Assembly: GCA_048497935.1 (NCBI GenBank)
Contig: JBEHYY010000013.1
Coordinates: 12,622 to 76,621 of the forward strand
Length of the DNA: 64,000 nt
Source of the DNA: Verrucomicrobiota bacterium
GTDB lineage: Bacteria; Verrucomicrobiota; Verrucomicrobiia; Opitutales; JABDGR01
Reading direction: 5' to 3'
This document shows, in pieces, positions 29,429 through 39,702 of the stretch. Below the pieces are notes generated by a model. It was not told where the DNA came from. It did not search any database and worked only from the letters and a program-made list of their open reading frames with translations. Every line of letters begins with the position of its first letter. Position 1 is the first letter of the stretch. Both the position numbers and the translations under genes were made by a program.

Positions 29429-29977
29429 TTAGTGGTGGGCGCCGCCCTCGGCCTGGGCTTTTTCAGCGGCGAGCTTCTTGTCCCACTTATGGTGCGAATC
29501 AGGTCGGGTGCCGCCCAGCTCGTAAAGCTTCTGCTTGTTGTGAACGAGCGCGGAACGGCTGGTGCCGGTGATGGAATACTGGTCCTGGAGGAAGATGGCC
29601 TCCTCCGGGCAGACTTCCTCGCACAAGCCGCAATAGATGCACCGCAGCATATTGATCTCAAACTCCTTGGGCGCCTTCTCGACGTGCGCCGTGGGGGCGG
29701 TGTAAGGAATCTCGCCGGGAGTGATGCGGATGGCCTTGGGCGGGCAGACAAACTCACACAACTGGCAGGAGACGCATTTTTCCCGGCCATTGGGATCCTT
29801 GACCAACACCGGCGCACCGCGGTAGCCGCGCGGCAGCTCCGGCCGCTGCTCCGGGTACTCCAGGGTTTCCTTGCGCCGGAACATATTGAGGAAAGTAATC
29901 CGCAAGCCGCCGAGAATTTGCGGCAGGTAGGTGCGCTCCCAGAAGGTCAGCGGTTTGCGTTCGAGTACTTTGGCCAT
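29429..29977 (-). CDS. nuoI: NADH-quinone oxidoreductase subunit I (2x[4Fe-4S])
   Basis: Two ferredoxin motifs, CVSCQLCEFVCP and CIYCGLCEEVCP; start at MAKVLERK. Confidence 0.85.
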   Translation of the reverse strand: MAKVLERKPLTFWERTYLPQILGGLRITFLNMFRRKETLEYPEQRPELPRGYRGAPVLVKDPNGREKCVSCQLCEFVCPPKAIRITPGEIPYTAPTAHVEKAPKEFEINMLRCIYCGLCEEVCPEEAIFLQDQYSITGTSRSALVHNKQKLYELGGTRPDSHHKWDKKLAAEKAQAEGGAHH

Positions 29978-30002
29978 GGCGGCGGGTGAAAGAGGTGAAA
30001 AA

Positions 30003-31112
30003 TCAGGCGTTGGGGAAAAGGGCGAAAAAGACCAGGTAGGCAACGAAGTTTGCCACCGAGAGCGGCAACAGCACGTTCCAACCAAGCTTCATCACCTGGT
30101 CATAGCGGAAGCGCGGCAGCGTCCAGCGAATCCAGATGAAGAAAAACACGAAGAACACCACCTTGGCCAGGAACCAGACGATGGTCAGCGCCGAGCCGAG
30201 CAGGTTGTGCGGGAAGGGGTCCGGCAGGCCGGGCAGGAAATTCCACCCACCCAGAAACAGCACCACGAACACCGCGGAACCGACAATCATGTGCGCATAC
30301 TCGGCGATGAAAAAGAATCCGAATTTGAAGCTGCCATACTCCGTATGGAAGCCGCCGACCAGATCCGTCTCCGACTCAGCCATATCGAACGGCAGGCGAT
30401 TCGTCTCCGCAAACAGGCAGACGAGGAAGATGAGGGCGGACAAGGGCTGCCAGATGACCAGCCAGAGATTCTGCTGCGCTTGGACAATGCTGTAGAGATT
30501 CAGCGGGCTGTCCACGCCCGGCTTGCTCGACCAGAGGAACACTGGCAGGAGTGCCACCCCCATGGCCAATTCATAGGAAATCAATTGCGCGGAGGCGCGG
30601 ATGCCGCCGAGGAAGGGGTATTTGCTGTTGGAGGCCCAGCCCGCCAGCACCAGCCCGTAAACACCAAGCGAGCTGACCGCGAGGATGAAGAGCAGGCCGA
30701 TATCGAGGTCGGCCAGCACCAGCGGGTGCGCGCCCGTGGCGTCCCACCACAGGCCAAAGGGCAGCACCGTGCAGGTCAGCAACGCGGTCATCAGCGAAAG
30801 ACAGGGCGCGAGCGTGTAATAAAACTTCTTCACGTGGCCGGGCAGCACATCTTCTTTGAATAGGAACTTCAGGCCGTCGGCCATGGGCTGGGAAAAACCC
30901 ATGCGCTGGAGCATATGGCCCGCGACGGGAATATAGGCCAGGATCGGCAGCTGGGTGCGGTTGGGGCCCACACGGTTCTGGATCCAGCTGCTGATCTTGC
31001 GCTCCGCCAACACCGCATACGCGCACATACTCATCAGCACCACGATGACCACCAGTGGGCAGACGAGGAAACGGGCGACAAAGTAGATGATATCGTGAAT
31101 GTAAGGAGGCAT
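30003..31112 (-). CDS. nuoH: NADH-quinone oxidoreductase subunit H
   Basis: AERKISSWIQNRVGPNR motif. Confidence 0.9.
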   Translation of the reverse strand: MPPYIHDIIYFVARFLVCPLVVIVVLMSMCAYAVLAERKISSWIQNRVGPNRTQLPILAYIPVAGHMLQRMGFSQPMADGLKFLFKEDVLPGHVKKFYYTLAPCLSLMTALLTCTVLPFGLWWDATGAHPLVLADLDIGLLFILAVSSLGVYGLVLAGWASNSKYPFLGGIRASAQLISYELAMGVALLPVFLWSSKPGVDSPLNLYSIVQAQQNLWLVIWQPLSALIFLVCLFAETNRLPFDMAESETDLVGGFHTEYGSFKFGFFFIAEYAHMIVGSAVFVVLFLGGWNFLPGLPDPFPHNLLGSALTIVWFLAKVVFFVFFFIWIRWTLPRFRYDQVMKLGWNVLLPLSVANFVAYLVFFALFPNA

Positions 31113-31121
31113 GGCTGTCGG

Positions 31122-32819
31122 CTAGCCGGCTTTGACGGCGGTGACGGCGGCAGGATCAAAATGGAGCGATTTGCCTTCGCTGAATGGCACATGGGCCCAG
31201 GTGGACGCATCAAGCACGCGGCCTTGCTGGCCGAGGCTCTCCCATGTCCACCCCGCGAGTGAGGCAGATCCAGCAGCCAATTCCCGCCAGATGGCTTCGG
31301 GAGAAACGGCGGCGGACTGGCCGGCAACACGGGTCAGCAACTGGCCGAGCACCTGGATGTCCGGAGCAGTCCCCGCCGGGCCGGGCACCGCCTGGAAGAA
31401 ACGCTGCACGCGCCACTGCTGGTTGATAAAACTGCCGGTCTTTTCAAAAACCATCTGTCCTGGAAGCACTACCTGCGCGAGGTCGCTCGTCGCATTTGCG
31501 TGGGTGCCGAGGTAGATGATCTGCACCCGGCGCAACAAGGCTTCGGAGAAACCAAACTTGGACAAATCCTCGTGGACAACCACCAGGGTCTTGAGGGCGC
31601 CGCTCTCCACCTTGGCGCGCACCTCATTGAGGTCCGCCTTGGGCAGTTCGCGCAGCAGTCCGGTGAAAAACGCGCCGCGAAGGTTCGGCGTGGCATCGCT
31701 GGAAATCAACAGACCGTCGCCTTGGCGCGTGTGACTGACGAGGGAGACTGCGCCGGGCGCGGTTTTCACCAGCTGGGAGAGCAAAAATTGCTCCTCCAAG
31801 CTGCTTTGCGCTGAGCCGATGTACCCCACCCCGCCGGCCTTGAGCAGCTCGGTGGCGCGGGCCAATGCCTTGTCGGCGGGGCATTTGCCGTTGTCCACCG
31901 CGAAGAAATCTATGCGTTGCGGAGACTCCACTTGTTTATAGAGTTCGCGTCCGCTGTCCGCCATCCAGCAATCATTGACGGCGTTGTTCTCACGCGGAGT
32001 GATGCGGTAGATTTTGCCCTCGCGGCTCCAGACTTCCGTATTCACGCCGACGCTGCTCTCGGTGCAAATGCTGGGCGCGGGCTTGAGGAACCATACGCGC
32101 ATTTTGAAGCGAAAGTCAGTGCTCGTCAGCGCGCCCACCGGGCAGATGTCCACCGTATTGAGCGAGTAATTGTTGTCGAGTTGGCGGCCGGGATAGCACG
32201 TCAGCGTCGAATAACTGCCACGGTCAATGAAACCGAGCACCGGATCTTTGGCGACTTCGTCACAAAAGCGCACGCAGCGCGAGCACAGGATGCAGCGTTC
32301 ATCGTCGAGGGTGACGCGGGGGCCCAGTTGGGTGCGCTTGGGCTTGACGTTCTTCTCCTCGACAAAGCGGCTGTAGCCCCGGCCGTAATCCGTGGCGAAC
32401 TCCTGCAGCCGGCACTCGCCCGCCTGGTCGCAAATCGGGCAGTCCAGCGGATGGTTCACCAGCAAAAATTCCATCACACCCTCGCGGCAGTCCTTGACGA
32501 CCGGGGTGTTCGTGCGCACGTGTAAACCGGCGGAGCAATTCGTCGTGCAGGCTACGGCGGGTTTCGGCCCCCAGCCGATTTTCATCCGGCCATCCGGCTC
32601 GATGATGACCTGGTTCGTAGTCCGGTCCTTCATCGGCATACCCGTTTCGACGAGGCACATGCGGCAATTGCCCGCCACCGTCAGCTTCGGGTGGTAGCAA
32701 TAGTGCGGAATCTCGAGCCCAAAGAGCTCGAGCGCGTCAATCAGGTTCATCCCGGCCGGGACTTGGTAGTCGCGGCCATCCACATTGATGGTGACGAGAT
32801 TGGTGGCGGGGGCGGACAT
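31122..32819 (-). CDS. nuoG: NADH-quinone oxidoreductase subunit G (short form, 565 aa)
   Basis: 2Fe-2S and 4Fe-4S cysteine clusters at the N-terminus (CYHPKL...CRMC...). Confidence 0.85.
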   Translation of the reverse strand: MSAPATNLVTINVDGRDYQVPAGMNLIDALELFGLEIPHYCYHPKLTVAGNCRMCLVETGMPMKDRTTNQVIIEPDGRMKIGWGPKPAVACTTNCSAGLHVRTNTPVVKDCREGVMEFLLVNHPLDCPICDQAGECRLQEFATDYGRGYSRFVEEKNVKPKRTQLGPRVTLDDERCILCSRCVRFCDEVAKDPVLGFIDRGSYSTLTCYPGRQLDNNYSLNTVDICPVGALTSTDFRFKMRVWFLKPAPSICTESSVGVNTEVWSREGKIYRITPRENNAVNDCWMADSGRELYKQVESPQRIDFFAVDNGKCPADKALARATELLKAGGVGYIGSAQSSLEEQFLLSQLVKTAPGAVSLVSHTRQGDGLLISSDATPNLRGAFFTGLLRELPKADLNEVRAKVESGALKTLVVVHEDLSKFGFSEALLRRVQIIYLGTHANATSDLAQVVLPGQMVFEKTGSFINQQWRVQRFFQAVPGPAGTAPDIQVLGQLLTRVAGQSAAVSPEAIWRELAAGSASLAGWTWESLGQQGRVLDASTWAHVPFSEGKSLHFDPAAVTAVKAG

Positions 32820-32837
32820 GAAAAATAAAAATGTGAT

Positions 32838-34214
32838 TTAGACGAGGCGGAAGCCCTTGCTGGTTTCGGCAGGCGCGCCATCGCTGTGCTCGCGGGCCTG
32901 GATTTGCGCGCGAATCTTGGCCTCCCATTCATCGCGAAACTTGGGCACATTGCTCTGGTTGGGCCACGCCACAGCCTCACCGTGGGCGCAAATGGTGCGG
33001 CCGGCAATCTGGTCCGCGATATTTTTGACCAAATCAATGTCTTCGATGCGCCCACCTCCATCGCAGACGCGGCCGGTGATCTTTTTCAGCCACAGCGAAC
33101 CTTCACGGCAGGGCGTGCATTGGCCGCAACTTTCGTGGGCATAAAAGGCATTCAGATTGGCCAGGGCTTCGACCATGTCGGTCGTGTCGTCCATGACAAT
33201 CATGCCGCCGGTGCCCAAGCCCGTGCCGCACTGGGCAAAACTGTTAGAATCGAGCGGTATATCAAGCACGCCCCATTCGCCGGCGGAGCCATCGGGCAAC
33301 TTGACCTTGAATTTCTCGCCAATGCGCAGAACCTTGGTGGATGAGCCCCCGGGGATGATGGCCTTAAACGTGCGCCCGGCCGCCGGGCCACCGCCAAAGT
33401 CATACAGCAAATCGCGGATCGTGGCCTTGCCTGCCTCAATCTCATAATAGCCCGGTTTGCTGACGTGGCCGCTCAGGCCCCAGATGTGGGTGCCGCTGTC
33501 GCCGACTGTGCCAATCTTCGCGAATTCCTTGCCGCCCATCTCGAGCACGTGGCGCACCTGGCAGAAAGTCTCGACGTTGTTCACGATCGTCGGGCAATTA
33601 TAGAGGCCGAGCACGGCGGGAAAATAAGGCGGCTTGATGCGCGGGTAACCGCGCTTGCCCTCGAGCGATTCGATAAGCCCCGTCTCCTCGCCGCAAATAT
33701 AGCAACCCGCGCCCCGGTGCATGACTATGTCCACCGAGTAGCCGGAACCGAGAATGTTGTTGCCAACGAAGTTGGCCGCGCGGGCTTCCTCAATGGCGCG
33801 TTCCAGGATTTTGAAGCCCTCGAACATCTCGCCACGGATATAAATAAAAGCCTGCTTGGCCTGAATGGCGTACGCCGCGCAGACGACGCCTTCAATCAAC
33901 TGGTGCGGGTCCTTGTGGATGATCTGGCGGTCCTTGTAGGTGCCCGGCTCGGATTCGTCGGCATTACAAATCAGGTAAATTGGCTTGCCGGACTTGCGGT
34001 CGAGAAAGCCCCACTTCATCCCCGTCGGAAAGCCCGCACCGCCGCGCCCGCGCAGTCCCGAGTCCTTCACTTCCTGCACCAGTTCCTCCGGTTTGCGCTG
34101 GATGGCCTTGCGCAGCGACTCATACCCGCCGTGCTGCTGGTAGCACGCGAGGTCGATGGTGTAGCCCGGCTCGTCAATGTGACGATAGATGATGCGGCGT
34201 TCAGGGACAGGCAT
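32838..34214 (-). CDS. nuoF: NADH-quinone oxidoreductase subunit F (FMN/NADH binding)
   Basis: GRGGAGFPTGMKW and the C-terminal 4Fe-4S motif (ESCGQCTPCREG). Confidence 0.9.
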   Translation of the reverse strand: MPVPERRIIYRHIDEPGYTIDLACYQQHGGYESLRKAIQRKPEELVQEVKDSGLRGRGGAGFPTGMKWGFLDRKSGKPIYLICNADESEPGTYKDRQIIHKDPHQLIEGVVCAAYAIQAKQAFIYIRGEMFEGFKILERAIEEARAANFVGNNILGSGYSVDIVMHRGAGCYICGEETGLIESLEGKRGYPRIKPPYFPAVLGLYNCPTIVNNVETFCQVRHVLEMGGKEFAKIGTVGDSGTHIWGLSGHVSKPGYYEIEAGKATIRDLLYDFGGGPAAGRTFKAIIPGGSSTKVLRIGEKFKVKLPDGSAGEWGVLDIPLDSNSFAQCGTGLGTGGMIVMDDTTDMVEALANLNAFYAHESCGQCTPCREGSLWLKKITGRVCDGGGRIEDIDLVKNIADQIAGRTICAHGEAVAWPNQSNVPKFRDEWEAKIRAQIQAREHSDGAPAETSKGFRLV

Positions 34215-34228
34215 GGGCGGTTAAAGTA

Positions 34229-34732
34229 TTAGTGGCGGGAGGGCGGCATCGCGGCGTTTGTCTCGCGCTTGAGCTTGGCCGCAAAGTCCGGCGTCTTTTC
34301 CGGGGTGACGTTTTCGTGCAGCTTGTCGTCCACCATGACGACGGGCGCGGAGCCGCACGCCGCCACGCACTCGACAAACTCGACCGTGAAATTGCCGTCT
34401 TCCGATGTCTGCCCGAGGCCGCAGCCAAGCTCGTGCTGCAGGCTGTCGCACACCTTGTAGGCGCCGCGCAGCGCGCAGGACAGCGTGCGGCAGACCTTGA
34501 CGTGCCGGCGGCCAATCGGCGCCTGGCGGAACATGGGGTAGAAAGTCACCACCTCGTAAACCGCCATCGGCTGCACTTCGAGCTTCTGCGCCGTCCACTC
34601 CATCGCCTCCTTGGAGATGTACCCCTGCTCCTCCTGGATGGCGTGGAGAATCATGAGCATGGCGCTCTGCTTCTGCGGATACCGCGGAAGCAGGCCGTCA
34701 ACGTACTGGAGGGTTTTTGCGGAAAGGTTCAT
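34229..34732 (-). CDS. nuoE: NADH-quinone oxidoreductase subunit E (2Fe-2S)
   Basis: Thioredoxin-like 2Fe-2S motifs (CRTLSC ... CVAACGSAP); the start was verified as cat at 34730-34732. Confidence 0.85.
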   Translation of the reverse strand: MNLSAKTLQYVDGLLPRYPQKQSAMLMILHAIQEEQGYISKEAMEWTAQKLEVQPMAVYEVVTFYPMFRQAPIGRRHVKVCRTLSCALRGAYKVCDSLQHELGCGLGQTSEDGNFTVEFVECVAACGSAPVVMVDDKLHENVTPEKTPDFAAKLKRETNAAMPPSRH

Positions 34733-34734
34733 GA

Positions 34735-35976
34735 CTAGCGGTCGCACTCGCCGAGGACGAAGTCCAGGCTGCCGAGGATGCAGGTGATGTCGGTGAGCAA
34801 ATGGCCGGGGACAATCTTGGGCAGGATGCCGAGGGAGACAAAGCTTGGGCCCTTGATGTGCAGGCGGTACGGCACGCCGCCGCCTTTCGAGAAGATATAG
34901 AAGCCCAGGGCGCCTTTCGGGTTTTCCGCCTCGAAGTAAACCTCGCCCGCGGGCATCTGCGGCCCTTCGGTCACGATCATGAAGTTCTGGATGAGCTCCT
35001 CCATGCTGGTGAGCACCTTGTCCTTGCGCGGGGCAAAAATCTTCTTCGCATCCTCGGCATACCACGCGCCGTCGGGCATCTTCTCAATCGCCTGGCGGAC
35101 GATGCGCACACTCTGGCGCATTTCCTCGAGGCGCACGAGGTAGCGGTCGTAGCAGTCGCCGCGGGTGCCGATGGGCACGTCGAAATCGTAGTTCTCGTAG
35201 CCGCAATACGGGTTGTCCTTGCGCAAGTCCGCCTCCACACCCGCCGCGCGCAGGTTGGCCCCCGTGAAGCCGTAGGCCAGCGCGTCCGCTTTCGTCGTGA
35301 TGCCCACGCCTTCGGTGCGCTGGATGAAAATCTTGTTGCGCGTGAGCAGCTTGTCCACCTCGTCGAGCACGGGCAGCACTTCCTGGCAGAACTTGTTCAC
35401 GCGGCCCAGCCAGCCTTCGGGCATATCGCGCGCCACGCCGCCGATGCGCGTATAGCTGGTGGTGAAGCGCGCGCCCGTCAGCTCCTCAAACAGGGAGTAA
35501 AGTTTTTCACGCTGGGTGAAGGTGTACATGAACACCGTCCACGCACCGGCATCCATGCCGAACACGCCGAGGCCCAGCAAATGCGAGGAGATGCGTGCCA
35601 ATTCACAGCAAATGACGCGGATGGCCTGGCAGCGGGGCGGAATCTTGAGGTTCGCCAGTTTCTCGACGGCGATGGCGTAAGCCACGTTGTTGGCCAGGGG
35701 CGCCAGATAGTCCAGCCGGTCCGTATAGGGCACGAACTGGTTGTAAGTCATGTTCTCGGCGATCTTCTCGTCGCCGCGGTGCAGGTAGCCGATGACCGGC
35801 TCGCACTTGATGACGCGGTCGCCGTCCAGCTCCATCAGCAGGCGCAGCACACCGTGCGTCGTCGGGTGCGACGGGCCGACATTGAGCGTCATGTGCTCGC
35901 CCTGCAGCTCCTCCGCGTAGGCCGCGCTGCGCGCGCCGACGTCGCCCAAATTGATTTCTGTGGAGGTGGTGGCCAT
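34735..35976 (-). CDS. nuoD: NADH-quinone oxidoreductase subunit D
   Basis: 413 aa, 49-kDa subunit motifs. Confidence 0.9.
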   Translation of the reverse strand: MATTSTEINLGDVGARSAAYAEELQGEHMTLNVGPSHPTTHGVLRLLMELDGDRVIKCEPVIGYLHRGDEKIAENMTYNQFVPYTDRLDYLAPLANNVAYAIAVEKLANLKIPPRCQAIRVICCELARISSHLLGLGVFGMDAGAWTVFMYTFTQREKLYSLFEELTGARFTTSYTRIGGVARDMPEGWLGRVNKFCQEVLPVLDEVDKLLTRNKIFIQRTEGVGITTKADALAYGFTGANLRAAGVEADLRKDNPYCGYENYDFDVPIGTRGDCYDRYLVRLEEMRQSVRIVRQAIEKMPDGAWYAEDAKKIFAPRKDKVLTSMEELIQNFMIVTEGPQMPAGEVYFEAENPKGALGFYIFSKGGGVPYRLHIKGPSFVSLGILPKIVPGHLLTDITCILGSLDFVLGECDR

Positions 35977-35982
35977 GCGAAA

Positions 35983-36606
35983 TTATCCCTGCTGCCCGGG
36001 TTTGGGTTTGTCCTCGGTCCAGCTCTGGTCGGCGGCGCGGGGCTCGTCTTCCGACATATGGTGGTGCGCCTGGTTGGGGGCGTTGAAGGGGCCACCCATC
36101 ATCGGCGCGGCTATGACCTTCGCCTTCGTGGCCGCTGTCACATCCGCCGCGGGCAGCTCCGTCTCAATACCAGCCAGCGGGAATTCCTTGCGCAGGGGGT
36201 GATACGGGTAGCCGTCCCACATGAGGATGCGCTTCAGATCCGGATGGCCGGCAAAGCGGATGCCAAACATATCATAGGCCTCGCGCTCATGCCAATCCGC
36301 CGCGGGCCAGATGGGCGCCAGCGAGGGCACCACCGGATCGTCGCTGTCCGGAGCCAGGGTGGCCACGCGCAGGTAGGTCTTCTTGGCGCTGTGGTAAAAG
36401 TGGTAAAGCATCCCGAAGCGCGGGCGTTCCTTGTCCCAATCCACGCCGCAGAGGTCGAGCAGCATATCGTAGCCCAGTTCGTCGCGCAGCACGCGACCAA
36501 ACTCCGCCAGCTTCTCGGCGGGGACGTTCACTGCCGGGTGGTCCCCCGAGGGCCGCGCCGTCACGAAGGGGAACTTCGTCTTGAGCGTGTCAACAATGGT
36601 GTCCAC
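35983..36606 (-). CDS. nuoC: NADH-quinone oxidoreductase subunit C
   Basis: 30-kDa subunit pattern (HEREAYDMFGI). Confidence 0.85.
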   Translation of the reverse strand: MDTIVDTLKTKFPFVTARPSGDHPAVNVPAEKLAEFGRVLRDELGYDMLLDLCGVDWDKERPRFGMLYHFYHSAKKTYLRVATLAPDSDDPVVPSLAPIWPAADWHEREAYDMFGIRFAGHPDLKRILMWDGYPYHPLRKEFPLAGIETELPAADVTAATKAKVIAAPMMGGPFNAPNQAHHHMSEDEPRAADQSWTEDKPKPGQQG

Positions 36607-36610
36607 GGCG

Positions 36611-37153
36611 TTAGCGGGCCCCCACGACGACAGGTTCGTTGGGCCGCGGCTGGAACAAGCCGCGCGCGCCGGGTTCCTTCCGGATCTTCTCCTGGAGCAG
36701 CATCATGCCGTCCAGCAGGGCTTCCGGGCGCGGCGGGCAGCCGCTGATATAAATGTCCACCGGCACAATCCGGTCCACGCCCTGCAATACCGCGTAGGAG
36801 CGGTACATCCCGCCCGTCGAGGCGCAGGCCCCCATCGCCACCACCCACTTGGGCGCGGCCATCTGCTCGTAGATGCGGCGGACGACCTCGGCCATCTTAT
36901 AAGTGACGGTGCCGGCGACGATCATACAGTCGCTCTGGCGGGGGGAAAAGCGCATGACTTCCATGCCGAAGCGCGAAATGTCAAACCGCGCGCCGCCGGC
37001 GGCCATCAGCTCAATCGCGCAACAGGCCAAGCCCATCGGCATCGGCCAGACGGAGTGGCTGCGCACCCAGTTGATGACCGCATCCGCCTGGGAGAAGATG
37101 ACTTCCCCCTCCACCTTGCTGTTGTAGCCGAATTCTGTGGTCGTATTGGGCAT
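36611..37153 (-). CDS. nuoB: NADH-quinone oxidoreductase subunit B
   Basis: GLACCAIE ... GACA..GG ... SGCPP motifs of the 4Fe-4S (N2) cluster. First gene of the cluster; no nuoA lies upstream. Confidence 0.9.
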   Translation of the reverse strand: MPNTTTEFGYNSKVEGEVIFSQADAVINWVRSHSVWPMPMGLACCAIELMAAGGARFDISRFGMEVMRFSPRQSDCMIVAGTVTYKMAEVVRRIYEQMAAPKWVVAMGACASTGGMYRSYAVLQGVDRIVPVDIYISGCPPRPEALLDGMMLLQEKIRKEPGARGLFQPRPNEPVVVGAR

Positions 37154-37300
37154 GGAGCGTTGAAAATGCGGGAACGGAATGTCCGTAAACCCATCCACCC
37201 TAGATAAAACCGCGCCTTCGACAAGAACCAATTTATAAATCCACTGCCAAGGTGCTCCCACCCGCTTGCCCGGCCTACGCCAAAATCACACAAATCCTTC

Positions 37301-38233
37301 TTAGACACTCACCGTAGCCCGACGCCGGCGATAAATGGCCAGCAGCGCAACACCGGCGCCGGCCAGGAGCGGCCACGCCGCAGGCTCCGGCACCACCACC
37401 ACATTCTGCGGCGAGCTTAAACCGGTGACCAAAGACGCATTGATGGTCGCTCCCGTAAAGGCATCATACTCGCCGACCGTGCCGGTATTCTGGTTGCCCA
37501 CAAAAAGGTCGGAGCCGGCAAAGGTAAACCCGGCGGGGCCGCCCAAACCCGTGATAAAGTTGGCATTAATGGCCGCGCCCGTGGCGGGATCGTACTGGCC
37601 GATCAAACCGGAGCTTTGCCGGGCAATGTACAATTTGGAGTCAAACAGCTCCATGCCCGTGGCATCGCTCAAGCCGGTGATAAAACTGGCGTTGATGGCC
37701 GCGCCGGTACTGGAATTATAGCGGCCAATCGTTCCACCGAGGCTCGCCACGTACAGATCGGAGCCCGACACCACCAGGCCCGTGGGGTCCGACAAGCCGG
37801 TGACGAGCGAAGCATTGATGACCGCGCCCGTGAAGAGATTATAGACGCCAATCGTGCCGCTGCCCTTGTTGGAGGTGTACAAATTGGAGCCGGAAACCGC
37901 GAGCGCCACGGACCCTGCGAGGCCGGTGACGAGGCTCGGGTTGATCAGCGTGCCATTGAGGCTGTAAACCGCGATATTGCCGATGCCGTTAAAATTCCCG
38001 GCCGTGGTGGTGGAAACGTAGAGGTTCCCATTGAATTGATTGAGCGCCACCGGACCATTCAGGCCGGACACCATGGCGACATTGATGGTCGCGCCGGTGG
38101 TGGAGTCATATTCGCCAATCCGGCCATTGCCATGGTTGGTCACCAACAGCGTTTGGGCCTGGGCGGCGCTGGCGGCGAGCAACAGGGCTCCGCACACGAT
38201 GGCAGACAGGGAAAAGAATCGGCGATTATTCAT
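37301..38233 (-). CDS. PEP-CTERM sorting-domain secreted protein with about seven ~40-aa repeats (GxxINAxLVTGLxxPxGLxxxGSxLYV)
   Basis: Signal peptide and internal repeats. The C-terminal VVPEPAAWPLLAGAGVALLAIYRRRR is a PEP-CTERM motif. The ORF continues to 38590 only because it reads through the antisense of tRNA-Ser (GGIRTPG); start set at MNNRRFF. Confidence 0.7.
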   Translation of the reverse strand: MNNRRFFSLSAIVCGALLLAASAAQAQTLLVTNHGNGRIGEYDSTTGATINVAMVSGLNGPVALNQFNGNLYVSTTTAGNFNGIGNIAVYSLNGTLINPSLVTGLAGSVALAVSGSNLYTSNKGSGTIGVYNLFTGAVINASLVTGLSDPTGLVVSGSDLYVASLGGTIGRYNSSTGAAINASFITGLSDATGMELFDSKLYIARQSSGLIGQYDPATGAAINANFITGLGGPAGFTFAGSDLFVGNQNTGTVGEYDAFTGATINASLVTGLSSPQNVVVVPEPAAWPLLAGAGVALLAIYRRRRATVSV

Positions 38234-38373
38234 GGAGGGAATTAACGGGAAACTATTAACTTCCGCGACATGGTATATAAAGCAACGACGCTTGCAATAG
38301 TTTTCCCTACGACAAAGAGCGGCGCCATTTTTTGCCGACCCTTCAAAAAACGTAACCTGGTTTACAAAAGCCA

Positions 38374-38401
38374 TTGACCCCCGCCCGCCCTTTGCTTTAA
38401 T
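38374..38401 (+). promoter_or_regulatory. Sigma70-like promoter for tRNA-Ser (TTGACC - 16 nt - TTTAAT)
   Basis: Read directly about 30 nt upstream of the tRNA 5' end. Confidence 0.4.
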
Positions 38402-38432
38402 CTGACCCCTTGGCATCACCCATGCCAACCAA

Positions 38433-38522
38433 GGAGAGGTGACAGAGTGGCCGAATGTGCAACATTGGAAATGTTGTGTACTCGCAAGGGTACCGGGGGT
38501 TCGAATCCCTCCCTCTCCGCCA
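38433..38522 (+). tRNA. tRNA-Ser (anticodon GGA), long variable arm
   Basis: Acceptor GGAGAGG/CCTCTCC, anticodon arm CAACA-TTGGAAA-TGTTG, long variable arm, T-arm GGTTCGAATCC, encoded CCA. Confidence 0.85.
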
Positions 38523-38946
38523 GTTTGAAATTCCGCAAAATCGTCCGCTGACGCGGGAGTGGCGGAACGGGTGGAGTTGAATTTAGCCACGAATTGCCAG
38601 GGGGGGGTGAAAGCAACGTTGAGCGTTTACCCCGCCACATGGAAGCTCGAACCGATTACCTCGGTTGGTCTCAATCGACTCCAATCTGCCCCGCCATATC
38701 GTTACCGGCCGCTTAGGCTTGCCCCTCTGCCCCCAATGAATCGAGAAAATATTGATATTTAAAACCAGACTCCTTTTTTGGCTCGTATCACCCAACACCA
38801 GTCTTCTATAGCATATATTGGCCCTCAAACTGCTCACATAATGTGAATTTCTCTTGTCCGTTGGATTAGATCATTCACCTAAGGAGCCCTTATAAATTTA
38901 AACCCATTAATATGCGTAAGTTTCTTTCATAAACCGGCTGCCGCAC

Positions 38947-39702
38947 ATGAAAAAACTAAAAATCACCATACTGTTGCTCACGTTTTTGAGCTGTCTTTCC
39001 GTCGCTCGTGCAGATAACGACGAATTGATCGCGATGCTTCAAGATCTTCAGGGGCAAGTGGAATCCCTCACCGGACAGAATAATTATCTTCAGTCGGTTG
39101 TGGACGATCAAAATGCCCAAATCTCGGCCCTAAACACGAGCCTGAGTACCGCTGAGGGAGCCTTGGACGTCGCCAACTCCAACCTTGCGACTGCCACCAC
39201 TGCCAACTCCAACCTTCAGAGCTCCCTCGACACGGCCAATCAACAACTCTCCTCGGCGAACGCCAGCCTTGCGACCGCCAATGCCGCCAACTCCGAACTT
39301 CAGAGCTCCCTCGACGCAGCCAATCTACAGCTAGCCGCAGCGCGCACCAATGCCATTGCCGAGGTGGTTGCCAGCCCGGGCACGTTTGGGCTTTTCAGCC
39401 AATCCGATGTCGATGCCAGCCGCACCGCTGGCCGAGCCGATGTGACAGCAAATCCGGGCACCTACAATCTCTACACGCCTGACGGCCTGCGTAACCTATA
39501 TGTCGGCACGCCGCTTCTTTTACGTGACCAAGATACAGGAAAGTTCCGCATCCAGTTGGCCCTGCAAACCTCGACGAATCTGGTGAGCTTCGCGCCCATG
39601 CCCTTCCTGAGCGATGCGACGAGCGTCAACTCACAAGGTGAAATCGAGTTCACTTTCAATGTTTCAGAGTCCATCGCCTTCTTCCGGATCTCCGCACGGT
39701 AG
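38947..39702 (+). CDS. Secreted coiled-coil repeat protein (hypothetical), low GC
   Basis: Signal peptide MKKLKITILLLTFLSCLSVARA. Tandem ~22-aa Ala/Asn/Ser/Leu repeats (ANSNLQSSLDTANQQL / ANSELQSSLDAANLQL) match a ~66-bp DNA tandem repeat. GC content is far below the surrounding genome. Confidence 0.6.
   Translation: MKKLKITILLLTFLSCLSVARADNDELIAMLQDLQGQVESLTGQNNYLQSVVDDQNAQISALNTSLSTAEGALDVANSNLATATTANSNLQSSLDTANQQLSSANASLATANAANSELQSSLDAANLQLAAARTNAIAEVVASPGTFGLFSQSDVDASRTAGRADVTANPGTYNLYTPDGLRNLYVGTPLLLRDQDTGKFRIQLALQTSTNLVSFAPMPFLSDATSVNSQGEIEFTFNVSESIAFFRISAR

Noticed and set aside
38234-38590. N-terminal ~120 aa of ORF 37301..38590 (GGEGGIRTPG...) and the first 39 aa of the htpG ORF (GCSSVGRA...)
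   Set aside because: Both are reverse translations of tRNA genes on the opposite strand (tRNA-Ser, tRNA-Ala). True starts were moved to the Mets preceding the signal peptide and conserved HtpG N-terminus.
38620-38710. tRNA-like GGTTCGA-containing stretch (minus strand) and a direct repeat of CCCCGCCA downstream of tRNA-Ser; considered as a second tRNA or att repeat
   Set aside because: No 5-bp T-stem or acceptor pairing can be drawn, and it does not match the tRNA-Ser 3' end. It may be a degraded remnant but is not supportable as a feature.
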